NCBI GenBank assembly: GCA_021414235.1
Contig: JAIOOV010000004.1
Span: 190,456-254,455 of the forward strand
Length of the DNA stretch: 64,000 nucleotides
Direction: 5' to 3'
From: Candidatus Parcubacteria bacterium
GTDB taxonomy: Bacteria > Patescibacteriota > Minisyncoccia > Phycocordibacterales > JAKFXT01
A program made the position numbers and the translations under genes. The notes beneath the pieces were generated by a model. That model made no database searches, was not told the origin of the DNA, and saw nothing but the letters and a program-made list of their open reading frames with translations. Shown here in pieces: positions 54,590-63,279 of this stretch (position 1 is its first letter; each line of letters begins with the position of its first letter).

Positions 54590-54726
54590 ATAGGTTTTCC
54601 TGAAGTGGAGGCCGAGGGCGTCGGTCGTGTCGGGAGCCCTCAGGTTTACTTCCACAGCGGCTAGTAATGGAATACGGGGAGTATACGTATTTTGGGGGTT
54701 TTGTGAAGGGCGACAAAAAAGATCAG

Positions 54727-54778
54727 TCCCGACGCGCTCCACCCTTGGAATATTCCAAAAGGTTTTGCGCGTCGGGAC
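54727..54778 (-). promoter_or_regulatory. Nested palindrome in rpsA upstream leader region
   Basis: 12-bp perfect stem gtcccgacgcgc…gcgcgtcgggac encloses a perfect 14-bp palindrome ttggaatattccaa. About 140-190 nt upstream of the rpsA start. Confidence 0.35.
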
Positions 54779-54968
54779 GGATGGGGCTGATTGCCATCTG
54801 CTGATGCTCAGCCTCCAAGGCTAGTTCATCTTCTTGAGAGCGTGCATCGAACCTCCCTAAAAGTTACCTCCTTTGTAATCTCACTATTTGTAAAAATCAA
54901 TGTCAAGTTAATTCTCTGGAATTAAAAATACCCTTTCGGACTCGTGAAGGTGAGTCTGAAAGAGTAGG

Positions 54969-54999
54969 GAGATCCCCGCCGCCCTCGCGGCGGGGATCC
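54969..54999 (-). terminator. GC-rich terminator hairpin after small minus-strand ORF
   Basis: gatccccgccgc-cctc-gcggcggggatc. The stop of ORF 55016-55222 lies just upstream. Confidence 0.5.
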
Positions 55000-55015
55000 A
55001 GCTTGGTCGTTGCGC

Positions 55016-55222
55016 TTAGCGCGCGGCGCCGGTCGCCAGATGGTTCAGGGTGATGCCCTGACTGGCACGGGTGGCGCCGACGCTGATCGGATGACGGGAG
55101 CGGGCGCGCCGATCGTTCTTGGCGCCGGTGGTGGTCGACATGTCCGAGGCCTGAAGCACGAGGCCGGGCATCTGGTTGTGCGACGACGGCGGCCCGGTGT
55201 GGGCCGAGTGGAGACGGGGCAT
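55016..55222 (-). CDS. 68-aa basic small protein in GC-rich island (hypothetical)
   Basis: ATG preceded by SD aagggag at 7-nt spacing. Product is MPRLHSAHTGPPSSHNQMPGLVLQASDMSTTTGAKNDRRARSRHPISVGATRASQGITLNHLATGAAR. A terminator follows. Codon usage is GC-skewed and unlike its neighbours. Confidence 0.3.
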   Translation of the reverse strand: MPRLHSAHTGPPSSHNQMPGLVLQASDMSTTTGAKNDRRARSRHPISVGATRASQGITLNHLATGAAR

Positions 55223-55380
55223 GAGACACTCCCTTGGTTTCTGGGTGACCAGCACGTCCTTTCGACGGAGTCTGTTGCGCAGGGTCTCCGTGGCGTCCCG
55301 AAGGACAAAGAACGTGGATCGTCTATAAGCCTAGCACCAGTGTAAAACTCTGCAAGTATGGAAGTATTTTCTATCCACAC

Positions 55381-55424
55381 TAAAAAAAGTGAAAGACCCC
55401 GGTGCACTACGGCATCGCGGGGTC
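55381..55424 (-). terminator. Minus-strand terminator inside GC-rich island
   Basis: Stem gaccccg / cggggtc with a 14-nt loop. On the minus strand it is followed by tttcactttttttag. Confidence 0.4.
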
Positions 55425-55943
55425 CCTTGGGGTCGCTGAAACTCGGCTACAGTATCTTTTTAGAAAGAGCGGGTCCGCTCTCTGCGTGCCTGCCATTACC
55501 GTCATCCGCTCGACCGGCATGATCGAGGGGAGGGATAGCCTTGTGCACCCGTGGCGGCGGGGCAAGACCTGACGATGGAAAGCGGGATGGCAGAGAACGG
55601 ACCCTGCCAGGATTCTGTGGTTAAAGGGGAAATAATGCAAATACCATTTCTCCTCCAGGCTTTAAAAACAAAAACCCCGGCCAAAATGGTCGGAGCGGGC
55701 AAACAGAATGAACGAAGAACAAAGAGGGCCAAGAGGTGGCCGCAGCAGCCTGAGGACCCGAAGGCCTATCCGACTGCCGCGAGCCACGTCCTGGCGGACT
55801 CAGGATGGAGACATGGGGTCCCCTCCTTCGTCCACAAGCTATAGCAGCACAAGTTCCCCTGCGGGGCATGGACTGCTAGGAATCGCCGGGCGGCGGAAGT
55901 TTTGAAGGTCTCCCTTAAGGAGTTCTTCCGCCGCCCACGCCGA

Positions 55944-56417
55944 TCAGGCCGCCATCGGCATCGCGGCGGTGCCGACCGAGGGGGCGCGGATGGTGCCGCG
56001 CTCCTTGATCATGGTCGACGTGGGCTCGGCGAAGGTGTAGTGGTCGACGGCCGGCGCACGGGTGGTGCCCGTCGTGCCGACGCCGTGGTTGATCGAGGTC
56101 ATGAGCGCCTGGTCGGTCGCGGTCGTCAGCCGCTTGAGGCTGATGATGGCGCCGATGTCGAGCGACGAGAAGGGGGAGTTCAGCTCGACGAAGGTCACCT
56201 CCGCGGTCGGATGGACGGACCCCCGCCCGTCGCCGGTGAGGCCGGTCATGCTGTCGATCTTGGTGTGCAGGCCGATCTGGCCGCCGTCTTTGGGATCCAC
56301 CCCGGAAGCCAAGCTGGGCTTGGTCGCTGGGTTGTCCGGGAAAGGTGCGGCGACGCTCGGAGCACTCGCGGCCAGCAGCAGGCCGGCCGCGAAGAGCGAG
56401 AGAAACTTGGTACCCAT
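55944..56417 (-). CDS. Secreted hypothetical protein in GC-rich island
   Basis: SD gagagg. Signal peptide MGTKFLSLFAAGLLLAASAPSVAA. Gly/Thr-rich mature region. The plus-strand overlapping ORF 55902-56456 is Gly/Arg-rich antisense junk. Confidence 0.4.
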   Translation of the reverse strand: MGTKFLSLFAAGLLLAASAPSVAAPFPDNPATKPSLASGVDPKDGGQIGLHTKIDSMTGLTGDGRGSVHPTAEVTFVELNSPFSSLDIGAIISLKRLTTATDQALMTSINHGVGTTGTTRAPAVDHYTFAEPTSTMIKERGTIRAPSVGTAAMPMAA

Positions 56418-56580
56418 GTTACCTCTCTGTCGATGTGCATCCCATCCTCGTCCTAGAAATCTCCAGGTGGATGGTTATCGGAGAGCGTACCATTCTTTTA
56501 AAAAAAGTAAATACCGTCCAATGATATATAGATGTAGTCAAGTTTTTCCTTCGTTTCGGGCATTCTGCTATACTCCTCGC

Positions 56581-57222
56581 ATGGTCATCACCTACTTCGG
56601 ACACGAATTTTTCAAGATCCAGTTCGGCAATCTCACCCTTGCCACTAATCCTATCTCCAAGGACTCCAAGCTGAAGGCTTCGCGCTTTGGTGCGGATATC
56701 GCCCTCATCACCTGTGCGAACGATGAGGACATGAATGGTGTGGAGCAGGTCTCCTTTGGTGAGCGCGAGCCGTTTGCTATCACGGGTCCTGGCGAATATG
56801 AGGTGAAGGATGTCTTTATAAAAGGCTTCCTCTCTCAGGCGGGTGGTAGCAAGAAGTACAACACTATATATACAGTCTCTCTCGAGGGTATGAACCTCTG
56901 CTTTTTGGGTGCGCTCGGTAGCAAAGATGTAGCGGCCGAGACCAAAAGCGCACTTGGGGATATCGACATTCTCTTCGTGCCCATTGGCGGAGATGACGTA
57001 CTTACCTCGGTGGAGGCAGCCAAATTCGCAGTCTCTCTTGAGCCGCGCCTCATCATTCCGATGCACTACGGCAAAGGAGCTTCCGCAGAGGCATCGCTTA
57101 AGACCTTCCTCAAGGAGATCGGCGCGGAGAAGACAGAGCCTGCGGACAAGCTCACGCTGAAGAAGAAAGACTTGGAAGGGAAAGAAGGGGATGTGGTGGT
57201 GCTCGCCAGTGTCTCGGAATAG
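56581..57222 (+). CDS. MBL-fold metallo-hydrolase (Lactamase_B_3/UPF0173-like)
   Basis: Start at the internal ATG MVITYFGHEFFKIQFGNLTLATNPIS. The His/Asp cluster is implied by …HYGKGASAEA. …DILFVPIGGDDVLTSVEAAKFAVSLEPRLIIPMHYG is typical of this family. A -10 TATACT lies 6 nt before the ATG (leaderless-like). Confidence 0.6.
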   Translation: MVITYFGHEFFKIQFGNLTLATNPISKDSKLKASRFGADIALITCANDEDMNGVEQVSFGEREPFAITGPGEYEVKDVFIKGFLSQAGGSKKYNTIYTVSLEGMNLCFLGALGSKDVAAETKSALGDIDILFVPIGGDDVLTSVEAAKFAVSLEPRLIIPMHYGKGASAEASLKTFLKEIGAEKTEPADKLTLKKKDLEGKEGDVVVLASVSE

Positions 57223-57238
57223 TTTTAATCATTGAATT

Positions 57239-57553
57239 GTGAGCGTACTCGATTTTATAGAGCGCTTGAGAGAGAAGTCGGTGAGAGAGCGTAAGCAATG
57301 GGCGCTCGGCATCGCTTTCGGTGTCACTCTCTTCATCGGCCTCATCTGGGCGACGTTCCTCGCTGCAAGGCTCGCGGGAACTACGGTATCGCCGGTAACT
57401 GAGAACCAGACGAGTGTCGAGACTGACACCCCTTTTGGTACTCTCTTCGGTGGGTTACGTGAAGCCTGGAGTAGCTTCAAAGAGTCGGTGGGTTCAGTCG
57501 GCTCAATCGATTACGCTCCGTCCTCCAGTAGTGCTGAAAACGGCCTGCGCTAA
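57239..57553 (+). CDS. Small membrane protein (hypothetical, GTG start)
   Basis: One TM helix (WALGIAFGVTLFIGLIWATFLAA). No family recognised. Confidence 0.35.
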   Translation: MSVLDFIERLREKSVRERKQWALGIAFGVTLFIGLIWATFLAARLAGTTVSPVTENQTSVETDTPFGTLFGGLREAWSSFKESVGSVGSIDYAPSSSSAENGLR

Positions 57554-57616
57554 GGGGTTTTTAGGGCATTTTGTACTGTCTTTCCAAAGACTTTCATGCT
57601 AGAATACTAACTAATT

Positions 57617-60076
57617 ATGGCGGAAAAGAAGGAGGAACAGCTTGAGGAGCGCGGCATTCTGCCTCGCAACATCACTACCGAGATGCGGGAGTCGTACCTC
57701 GATTACGCCATGTCGGTCATCACTCAGCGCGCCCTCCCGGATGCGCGCGATGGACTGAAGCCGGTGCATCGCCGCATCCTCTTCACTATGCATGAGATGG
57801 GACTCACCACCTCTGCCAAGTTCCGTAAATCCGCAGCGGTTGTGGGTGACGTGATGGGAAAATTCCATCCGCATGGCGACGCCTCCATCTATGACGCTAT
57901 GGCCAAGATGGCGCAGGATTTCAGCTATCGCTACCCGCTCGTCTTCGGCCAGGGTAACTTCGGTTCGGTAGACGGCGACGCTCCGGCCGCCATGCGTTAT
58001 ACCGAGGCCAAGATGGCCAAGCTCTCGGCAGAGCTCATCCGCGATCTTGAGAAAGAGACAGTGGAATTCCGCCTCAACTACGACAGTACTCGTAAGGAGC
58101 CGGTAGTCTTCCCGGCAGCCGTACCGAATCTGCTTCTCAATGGAACCCTCGGCATCGCCGTGGGTATGGCCTCCAACATCCCGCCGCACAATCTGCGCGA
58201 AGTAGTGGATGCCACCGTCTATCTCATTGAGAATCCGGAGGCTACTACTGAAGACCTCCTTCAGTTCGTGAAGGGGCCGGATTTTCCGACGGCAGGCATC
58301 GCCTACAACAAGGATGACATCCGTCACGCCTATGCGAACGGCAAGGGAGGAGTGGTGGTGCGCGGCGAGGCCGAGATTACTGAGAACAAGGGTGGGCAGT
58401 TCCAGATAATCATCACCTCGATCCCGTTCCGCGTGAACAAGTCCGAGCTTATCATCTCCATTGCCGACCTGGTGCGTGAGAAGAAGCTCGAGGGTATCCG
58501 CGCCATCAACGATCTCTCTACGCGCGATACGCGCATCGTCATCGACTTAAAGACGGGCGTTGAGCCGCAGCGCGTCCTCAATTTCCTCTACAAGCACACT
58601 CAGCTCGAAGAGACTTTTCATTACAACATGGTGGCGCTGGTCGGCGGCGTCCCTCAGACGCTCTCGCTCAAGGCAGTCCTCGACGAATTCATCGTCCATC
58701 GCGGTGAGGTGGTACGCCGACGCTCCGCATTCGACCTTAAGCAGGCTGAAGCGCGTGAGCACATCCTCCTCGGACTCAAGAAGGCGCTCGACCATATCGA
58801 CGCGGTCATCAAGCTCATCCGTGCTTCCAAGGACACCCCGACCGCGCATGCGAACCTGATGAAGGAGTTTAAGTTCTCTACACTCCAGGCCACGGCCATC
58901 TTGGAAATGCGCTTGCAGAAGCTCGCTGGCCTCGAGCGCAAGAAGATCGAGGATGAGCTCAAAGAGGTACAGGCACTCATCGCATATCTTGAGGATCTCT
59001 TAGCACACCCCAAGAAGATCCTGGCCCTCATCAAGAAAGAGCTCGCTGAGATCGCAGAGAAATATGGGGACGAGCGCCGTACTCGCATCGTGGCAGGCGG
59101 AGCCAAGGCGTTCTCTGCAGAAGACCTTGTCGCGGACGAGGACAGCGTGCTGGTGTATACCGCAGGCGGCTACGTGAAGCGTACTAATCCGGAGGAGTAC
59201 AAGAAGCAGCGCCGCGGCGGCGTGGGCGTGGTGGATCTCGATACCAAGGAAGAGGATTTCATCACTCAGTTCATTACCACCAATACCCACAGCGATCTCC
59301 TGTTCTTCTCGGACAAGGGCAAGGCGTATCAGATCAAGATGTACGAGATACCGGAAGGACGCAGGGCTACCCGCGGCAAATCCATCATGAACTTCCTGCC
59401 GCTCTCGGCAGATGAGAAGATCACCTCGGTGCTTCCGATGACTAAGGAGGTCAAGAAAGCTGCAGGGGACGATCTCTCGCTCATGATGGTCACGCGTGAT
59501 GGCACTGGCAAGAAGACGGCGGTCAAGGGCTTCTTCGATGTCCGCCGTAGCGGCATCATCGCCATTAAGCTCGAGCCGGGCGATGTGCTCGTCTCTGCAT
59601 TCCTCGTGGGGAAGGGCGACTCGGTGATCCTGGGCACGCGTAAGGGCCAATCCATCCGCTTCAAGGAGGCGGACATCCGCGAGATGGGCAGGAATGCGCA
59701 GGGCGTGCGCGCTATCAAGCTTGGTAAGGGCGATGCACTCGTCGCCGCGGATGTGGTCAAGAAGGAATACAAGGAACCTTCGCTCCTCGTCATGTCCGCC
59801 AATGGCTACGGCAAGCGCACGCCGCTCTCCGAGTACAAGATCCAGGGTCGTGGCGGCTCTGGTATCAAGACGGCCAACGTCACTGCAAAGACAGGGGATA
59901 TCATGACGGGCGCAGTCATTTTCGATGAAGAATCAGAGCTCATCTCCATTTCCAAACAGAGCCAGGTGATCAGGGTGGATATAAAAGAGATTCCGCGTCT
60001 CGGCCGCTCCACTCAGGGTGTGCGGGTGATGAAGCTCCGCGAGGGGGATAGTCTCGCTTCGTTGGTCTGCTTGTAG
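57617..60076 (+). CDS. gyrA: DNA gyrase subunit A
   Basis: The active-site Tyr region (…[13 protein letters not shown]…) and the QRDR-like segment …[26 protein letters not shown] are conserved. The C-terminal six-bladed beta-pinwheel repeats carry a GyrA box-like QGRGGSG. Confidence 0.92.
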   Translation: MAEKKEEQLEERGILPRNITTEMRESYLDYAMSVITQRALPDARDGLKPVHRRILFTMHEMGLTTSAKFRKSAAVVGDVMGKFHPHGDASIYDAMAKMAQDFSYRYPLVFGQGNFGSVDGDAPAAMRYTEAKMAKLSAELIRDLEKETVEFRLNYDSTRKEPVVFPAAVPNLLLNGTLGIAVGMASNIPPHNLREVVDATVYLIENPEATTEDLLQFVKGPDFPTAGIAYNKDDIRHAYANGKGGVVVRGEAEITENKGGQFQIIITSIPFRVNKSELIISIADLVREKKLEGIRAINDLSTRDTRIVIDLKTGVEPQRVLNFLYKHTQLEETFHYNMVALVGGVPQTLSLKAVLDEFIVHRGEVVRRRSAFDLKQAEAREHILLGLKKALDHIDAVIKLIRASKDTPTAHANLMKEFKFSTLQATAILEMRLQKLAGLERKKIEDELKEVQALIAYLEDLLAHPKKILALIKKELAEIAEKYGDERRTRIVAGGAKAFSAEDLVADEDSVLVYTAGGYVKRTNPEEYKKQRRGGVGVVDLDTKEEDFITQFITTNTHSDLLFFSDKGKAYQIKMYEIPEGRRATRGKSIMNFLPLSADEKITSVLPMTKEVKKAAGDDLSLMMVTRDGTGKKTAVKGFFDVRRSGIIAIKLEPGDVLVSAFLVGKGDSVILGTRKGQSIRFKEADIREMGRNAQGVRAIKLGKGDALVAADVVKKEYKEPSLLVMSANGYGKRTPLSEYKIQGRGGSGIKTANVTAKTGDIMTGAVIFDEESELISISKQSQVIRVDIKEIPRLGRSTQGVRVMKLREGDSLASLVCL

Positions 60077-60130
60077 GCCTTTGTTGAAAACTTTTCCCAG
60101 CGCGTCTTCGGTACACGGTATACTTACCTC

Positions 60131-60658
60131 ATGGCGTTTCTTGATCCGCGGATGACGCTCTCTCCGCTCGGACTCTCCTCGGGAATGAAGGTGGCGGACG
60201 TGGGCGCCGGCTCCGGTGCCTACGCTCTCGCCGCTGCGGAGGCGGTGGGGGATTCCGGAGTCATTTACGCAATCGACGTTCAGAAGGAGCTCTTGGGCAA
60301 GCTTAAGCGCGAAGCGGAGCGCCGCGGGAAGCACTCCATTCATATCGTCTGGGCGAACGCAGAGGTGCTGGGCGGGAGCGGTCTCAATGACCAGAGTGTG
60401 GATGCGGCTATCTTCTCAAACGTGCTCTTCCAGATGGAAGACAAGGAGGAGGCGCTTAGAGAGGTCCGTCGCATCTTGGTCCCTAAGGGCCGAGTACTCG
60501 TCATCGATTGGTCTGAGAGCGGGGGCTTGGGCCCCCAGAAAGGACATCTCTTTGGTAAAGCTGCCGCCCGCGCGCTCTTTGAGGGGAACGGCTTCACCTT
60601 CCGCACAGAGTCTCGCGCCGGGGATCATCATTACGCGCTCGTATTTCAAAAATCATGA
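60131..60658 (+). CDS. Class I SAM-dependent methyltransferase
   Basis: Motif I VADVGAGSGAYALAAA. Motif post-I VIYAIDVQ. Confidence 0.65.
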   Translation: MAFLDPRMTLSPLGLSSGMKVADVGAGSGAYALAAAEAVGDSGVIYAIDVQKELLGKLKREAERRGKHSIHIVWANAEVLGGSGLNDQSVDAAIFSNVLFQMEDKEEALREVRRILVPKGRVLVIDWSESGGLGPQKGHLFGKAAARALFEGNGFTFRTESRAGDHHYALVFQKS

Positions 60659-61968
60659 AATCTCTTACCTCTTTCCAGATCGTAGTTCTCATCCTCTGTC
60701 TCCTCGGTATCGTTGGTGGCGTAGCCGCCTTCGCTACTTATCGAGGCGGGAATTCTGCTCAAAATCTTCCTCCTATGACGCTCTGGGGTACTGTGCCGCA
60801 GGAGAAGATGGAATCCTTGCTCATGAATTCCGCAGGGCTCCAGGGGTCTGGGCTCAAGCTCTCATATGTGGAGAAGCGTTCTGAGTCCATAGAGTCTGAT
60901 CTGGTGGATGCTCTCGCGAGCGGCAGGGGGCCTGATCTCATCCTTGCTTCACAGGATCTGATATTGAGACAGCAGGGTAAACTGGCAGTACTTCCGTACG
61001 AAAATCTCTCCGAGCGCGATTTCAAGGATACCTTTGTCGGAGGGGCGGAGATCTTCCTTTCACCTGCGGGCACTATAGCTCAGCCGATGCTGGTAGATCC
61101 TCTGGTCCTCTACTGGAACCGGACTCTCCTCACGAATGCTGGAGTCGCCAATCCTCCCCGCTACTGGGATGAGCTCTTCACCTTGGCTCCTCTGGTGAGC
61201 CAGAAGGATAAGCAGGGGAATATCATCCGAAGTCTGGTCGCCTTCGGTGAGTATGGCAACGTGACGGACGCCAAAAGCATCCTCTCCGCACTCATCCTCC
61301 AGGGAGGGAATGCGATAGTCGGGAAGGATAGCAGCGGACGCTACACTTCTCTCTTGCGGCTCCAGACCGCGGAAGAGCTTTCTCCAGTCGAATCCGCCGT
61401 GCGCTTCTATACTGATTTCTCCAATCCCTCCAAGACTATCTATTCCTGGAATCGCGGGCTGCAGGCTTCTCAGGATATGTTTGCGGCGGGGAAGCTGGGG
61501 CTTTATATAGGTTTTGCGAGTGAACTCTCCGCTATCCGCGCCAAGAATCCTAACCTTGATTTCGATGTGACTTCTTTGCCTCAGGTGCGTGATGGCGCAC
61601 GGGTCGCTACCTACGGACGCTTCTATTCTTTAGCCGTTCCTCGCGCAAGTATGAACCAGGCGTATGCGCTCTTGGCGGCGCAAAGGCTTGCTGAGCCTGC
61701 TTTGGCGCAGGAATTCGCCAATCTGATCGGTTTCTCCCCGGTACGTCGCGATCTCTTGGGGGCTACTCCTTCTGATTCGTATCTCTTCGTCTTCTATCGA
61801 GCGGCGCTCCAGTCCTACTCTTGGCTTGATCTGGATGCTGAGGGTTCCGATGATGTCTTCCGTCGGATGATCGAATCCGTCACTTCTGGCCGTGCCCGCA
61901 TCGGGGAGGCGGTAGGGAGGGCTCATGAGGAGCTGCAGGAGCTTTTGAATCGCTTTAATCCGCGTTAA
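60655..61968 (+). CDS. Membrane-anchored extracellular solute-binding protein (SBP_bac_1/MalE-like), orphan
   Basis: N-terminal TM anchor. …DLILASQDLI…, LVLYWNRTLLTNAGVANPPRYWDEL and …LYIGFASE… are hallmark segments of family-1 sugar-binding proteins. No permease or ATPase genes adjacent. Confidence 0.5.
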   Translation: MKSLTSFQIVVLILCLLGIVGGVAAFATYRGGNSAQNLPPMTLWGTVPQEKMESLLMNSAGLQGSGLKLSYVEKRSESIESDLVDALASGRGPDLILASQDLILRQQGKLAVLPYENLSERDFKDTFVGGAEIFLSPAGTIAQPMLVDPLVLYWNRTLLTNAGVANPPRYWDELFTLAPLVSQKDKQGNIIRSLVAFGEYGNVTDAKSILSALILQGGNAIVGKDSSGRYTSLLRLQTAEELSPVESAVRFYTDFSNPSKTIYSWNRGLQASQDMFAAGKLGLYIGFASELSAIRAKNPNLDFDVTSLPQVRDGARVATYGRFYSLAVPRASMNQAYALLAAQRLAEPALAQEFANLIGFSPVRRDLLGATPSDSYLFVFYRAALQSYSWLDLDAEGSDDVFRRMIESVTSGRARIGEAVGRAHEELQELLNRFNPR

Positions 61969-62000
61969 CAGCTGGTGTATACTGATACCCAAGCACTACG

Positions 62001-62396
62001 ATGAATCTCTCCTCGATTAAGCACGCGGCTTCCTGCTCTTACGCCTACACCCTCCTCGCCTTGCTTTCGGCTCCGTATCTTCTCAGGGCGGAGGGCGCCG
62101 TAGACAACCCCAGTCCTGTCACCGGCGGAAGCGGTATCCTGAGGAATCCGATCAATGCCAACAACATCCAGGATCTTTTAGGGCTCATCATGAATGTCAT
62201 CACTATTTTGGTGCTGCCGTTCGCTATCTTCTTCTTGGTGCGCACCGGCTTCTTCTTCGCGACGGCGGGTGGCAATGAAGACAAGATCAGTCGGGCCAAG
62301 ACTGACTTCCTCTACGTGGTCATAGGCCTTGCTATCATCCTCGGCGCTCAGCTTATCGGAGCCATCCTTCAGAACACTTTAAATTCGCTTAGATAA
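62001..62396 (+). CDS. VirB2/TrbC-like two-helix pilin paralog 1 (C-terminus …NSLR)
   Basis: Possible signal peptide (AYTLLALLSAPYLLRAEGA), then two hydrophobic helices (IMNVITILVLPFAIFFLV and FLYVVIGLAIILGAQLIGAIL) separated by a charged turn (TAGGNEDKISRAK). Confidence 0.5.
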   Translation: MNLSSIKHAASCSYAYTLLALLSAPYLLRAEGAVDNPSPVTGGSGILRNPINANNIQDLLGLIMNVITILVLPFAIFFLVRTGFFFATAGGNEDKISRAKTDFLYVVIGLAIILGAQLIGAILQNTLNSLR

Positions 62397-62782
62397 TGAA
62401 GAAATTTTCAATTATCGCGCTTACGCTATCGTCCTTTCCTCTCTTGGCGTTTGCTCAGCAGCGGAGCGGCTATTCTGGCCAAACCTTCGCTGGCCTGGTA
62501 AGGGTGATTGTGGGCTATATCAATCCCATCGCTTCTATCCTCATCAGCCTGACCATGCTCGTCTTCCTCTATAACCTGATGCGCTACGTGTGGACGGCAG
62601 GGGATAGTAAGGAGCATGGAGAGGCTATACGCAGTATCGGCTGGAGCCTCCTCGGTCTTCTCGTCCTCTTTGGCATGTGGGGCATCTTGAGCATTGCTTC
62701 GGCAACGCTCTTCGGGACGTCTCTTTTGGGAGGTGGGGACCCTTGTCACGTGGATCCTGGTTCGTCCTCTGTGACCTGCTAA
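62396..62782 (+). CDS. VirB2/TrbC-like two-helix pilin paralog 2 (Cys-containing Gly-rich tail)
   Basis: Signal peptide MKKFSIIALTLSSFPLLAFAQQ. Helix 1 VGYINPIASILISLTMLVFLYNLM. Turn TAGDSKEHGEAIR. Helix 2 SLLGLLVLFGMWGILSIA. Tail GGGDPCHVDPGSSSVTC. Its start overlaps the paralog-1 stop (ATGA). Confidence 0.55.
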   Translation: MKKFSIIALTLSSFPLLAFAQQRSGYSGQTFAGLVRVIVGYINPIASILISLTMLVFLYNLMRYVWTAGDSKEHGEAIRSIGWSLLGLLVLFGMWGILSIASATLFGTSLLGGGDPCHVDPGSSSVTC

Positions 62783-62871
62783 ATCACTCACTTATCCACA
62801 GGGAAGTTGTTAAATAGGCCTTATCTCCTATAATAGTGGGGTAACAGATACATTACCTATACTTTTAGTTT

Positions 62872-63261
62872 ATGAAGAAAATTCTCATGCGAGCAGGGGC
62901 GATCAGCGTAGCGGTGCTTCCGTTCGTAGCGTCCGCTCAGCAGGTCAGTGACACCTATTTCCGGAGCATAATTACTGCAGTCAACGGTCTTATCACTGCG
63001 CTCTTCCCGCTCGTCTTCGCAGGTGCGGTCCTCGGGTTCATGATCGGTATCGGCATGTATCTCTTCTCCGGCGGCGATGAGGGTAAGAAAGAGAAGGCTC
63101 AGGATGTGATGAAGTACGGCCTCATCGTGCTCTTCGTTATGTTCGCAGTCTACGGAATCATCAGGCTTGCCGCTAACGTTCTCGGTATCGGTCTTGGCGG
63201 CAGTATCCCTACTCCTACTCTTCCTACCACCGGTGGCGGTTGTGCAGGCGGTAACTGTTAG
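62872..63261 (+). CDS. VirB2/TrbC-like two-helix pilin paralog 3 (Cys-containing Gly-rich tail)
   Basis: Signal peptide MKKILMRAGAISVAVLPFVASAQQ. Helix 1 LITALFPLVFAGAVLGFMIGIGMYLF. Turn SGGDEGKKEKAQD. Helix 2 GLIVLFVMFAVYGIIRLAANVLG. Tail PTTGGGCAGGNC. Closely matches the TrbC/VirB2 pfam-like pattern. Confidence 0.6.
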   Translation: MKKILMRAGAISVAVLPFVASAQQVSDTYFRSIITAVNGLITALFPLVFAGAVLGFMIGIGMYLFSGGDEGKKEKAQDVMKYGLIVLFVMFAVYGIIRLAANVLGIGLGGSIPTPTLPTTGGGCAGGNC

Positions 63262-63279
63262 TTTCTCCTGGTCTATTCT

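Noticed and set aside
55430-55940. tmRNA, SRP RNA or 6S RNA inside the GC-rich island (minus strand)
   Set aside because: No T-loop/acceptor mimic or SRP domain-IV motifs. The only supported elements are a terminator and SD-led tiny ORFs. Left as unexplained sequence within the island finding.
55902-56456. 184-aa plus-strand ORF in the GC-rich island
   Set aside because: The translation is Gly/Arg/Asp repeats (…RRSGRHRHRGGADRGGADG…) with no start signals. It is antisense to the better-supported secreted-protein ORF 55944-56417.
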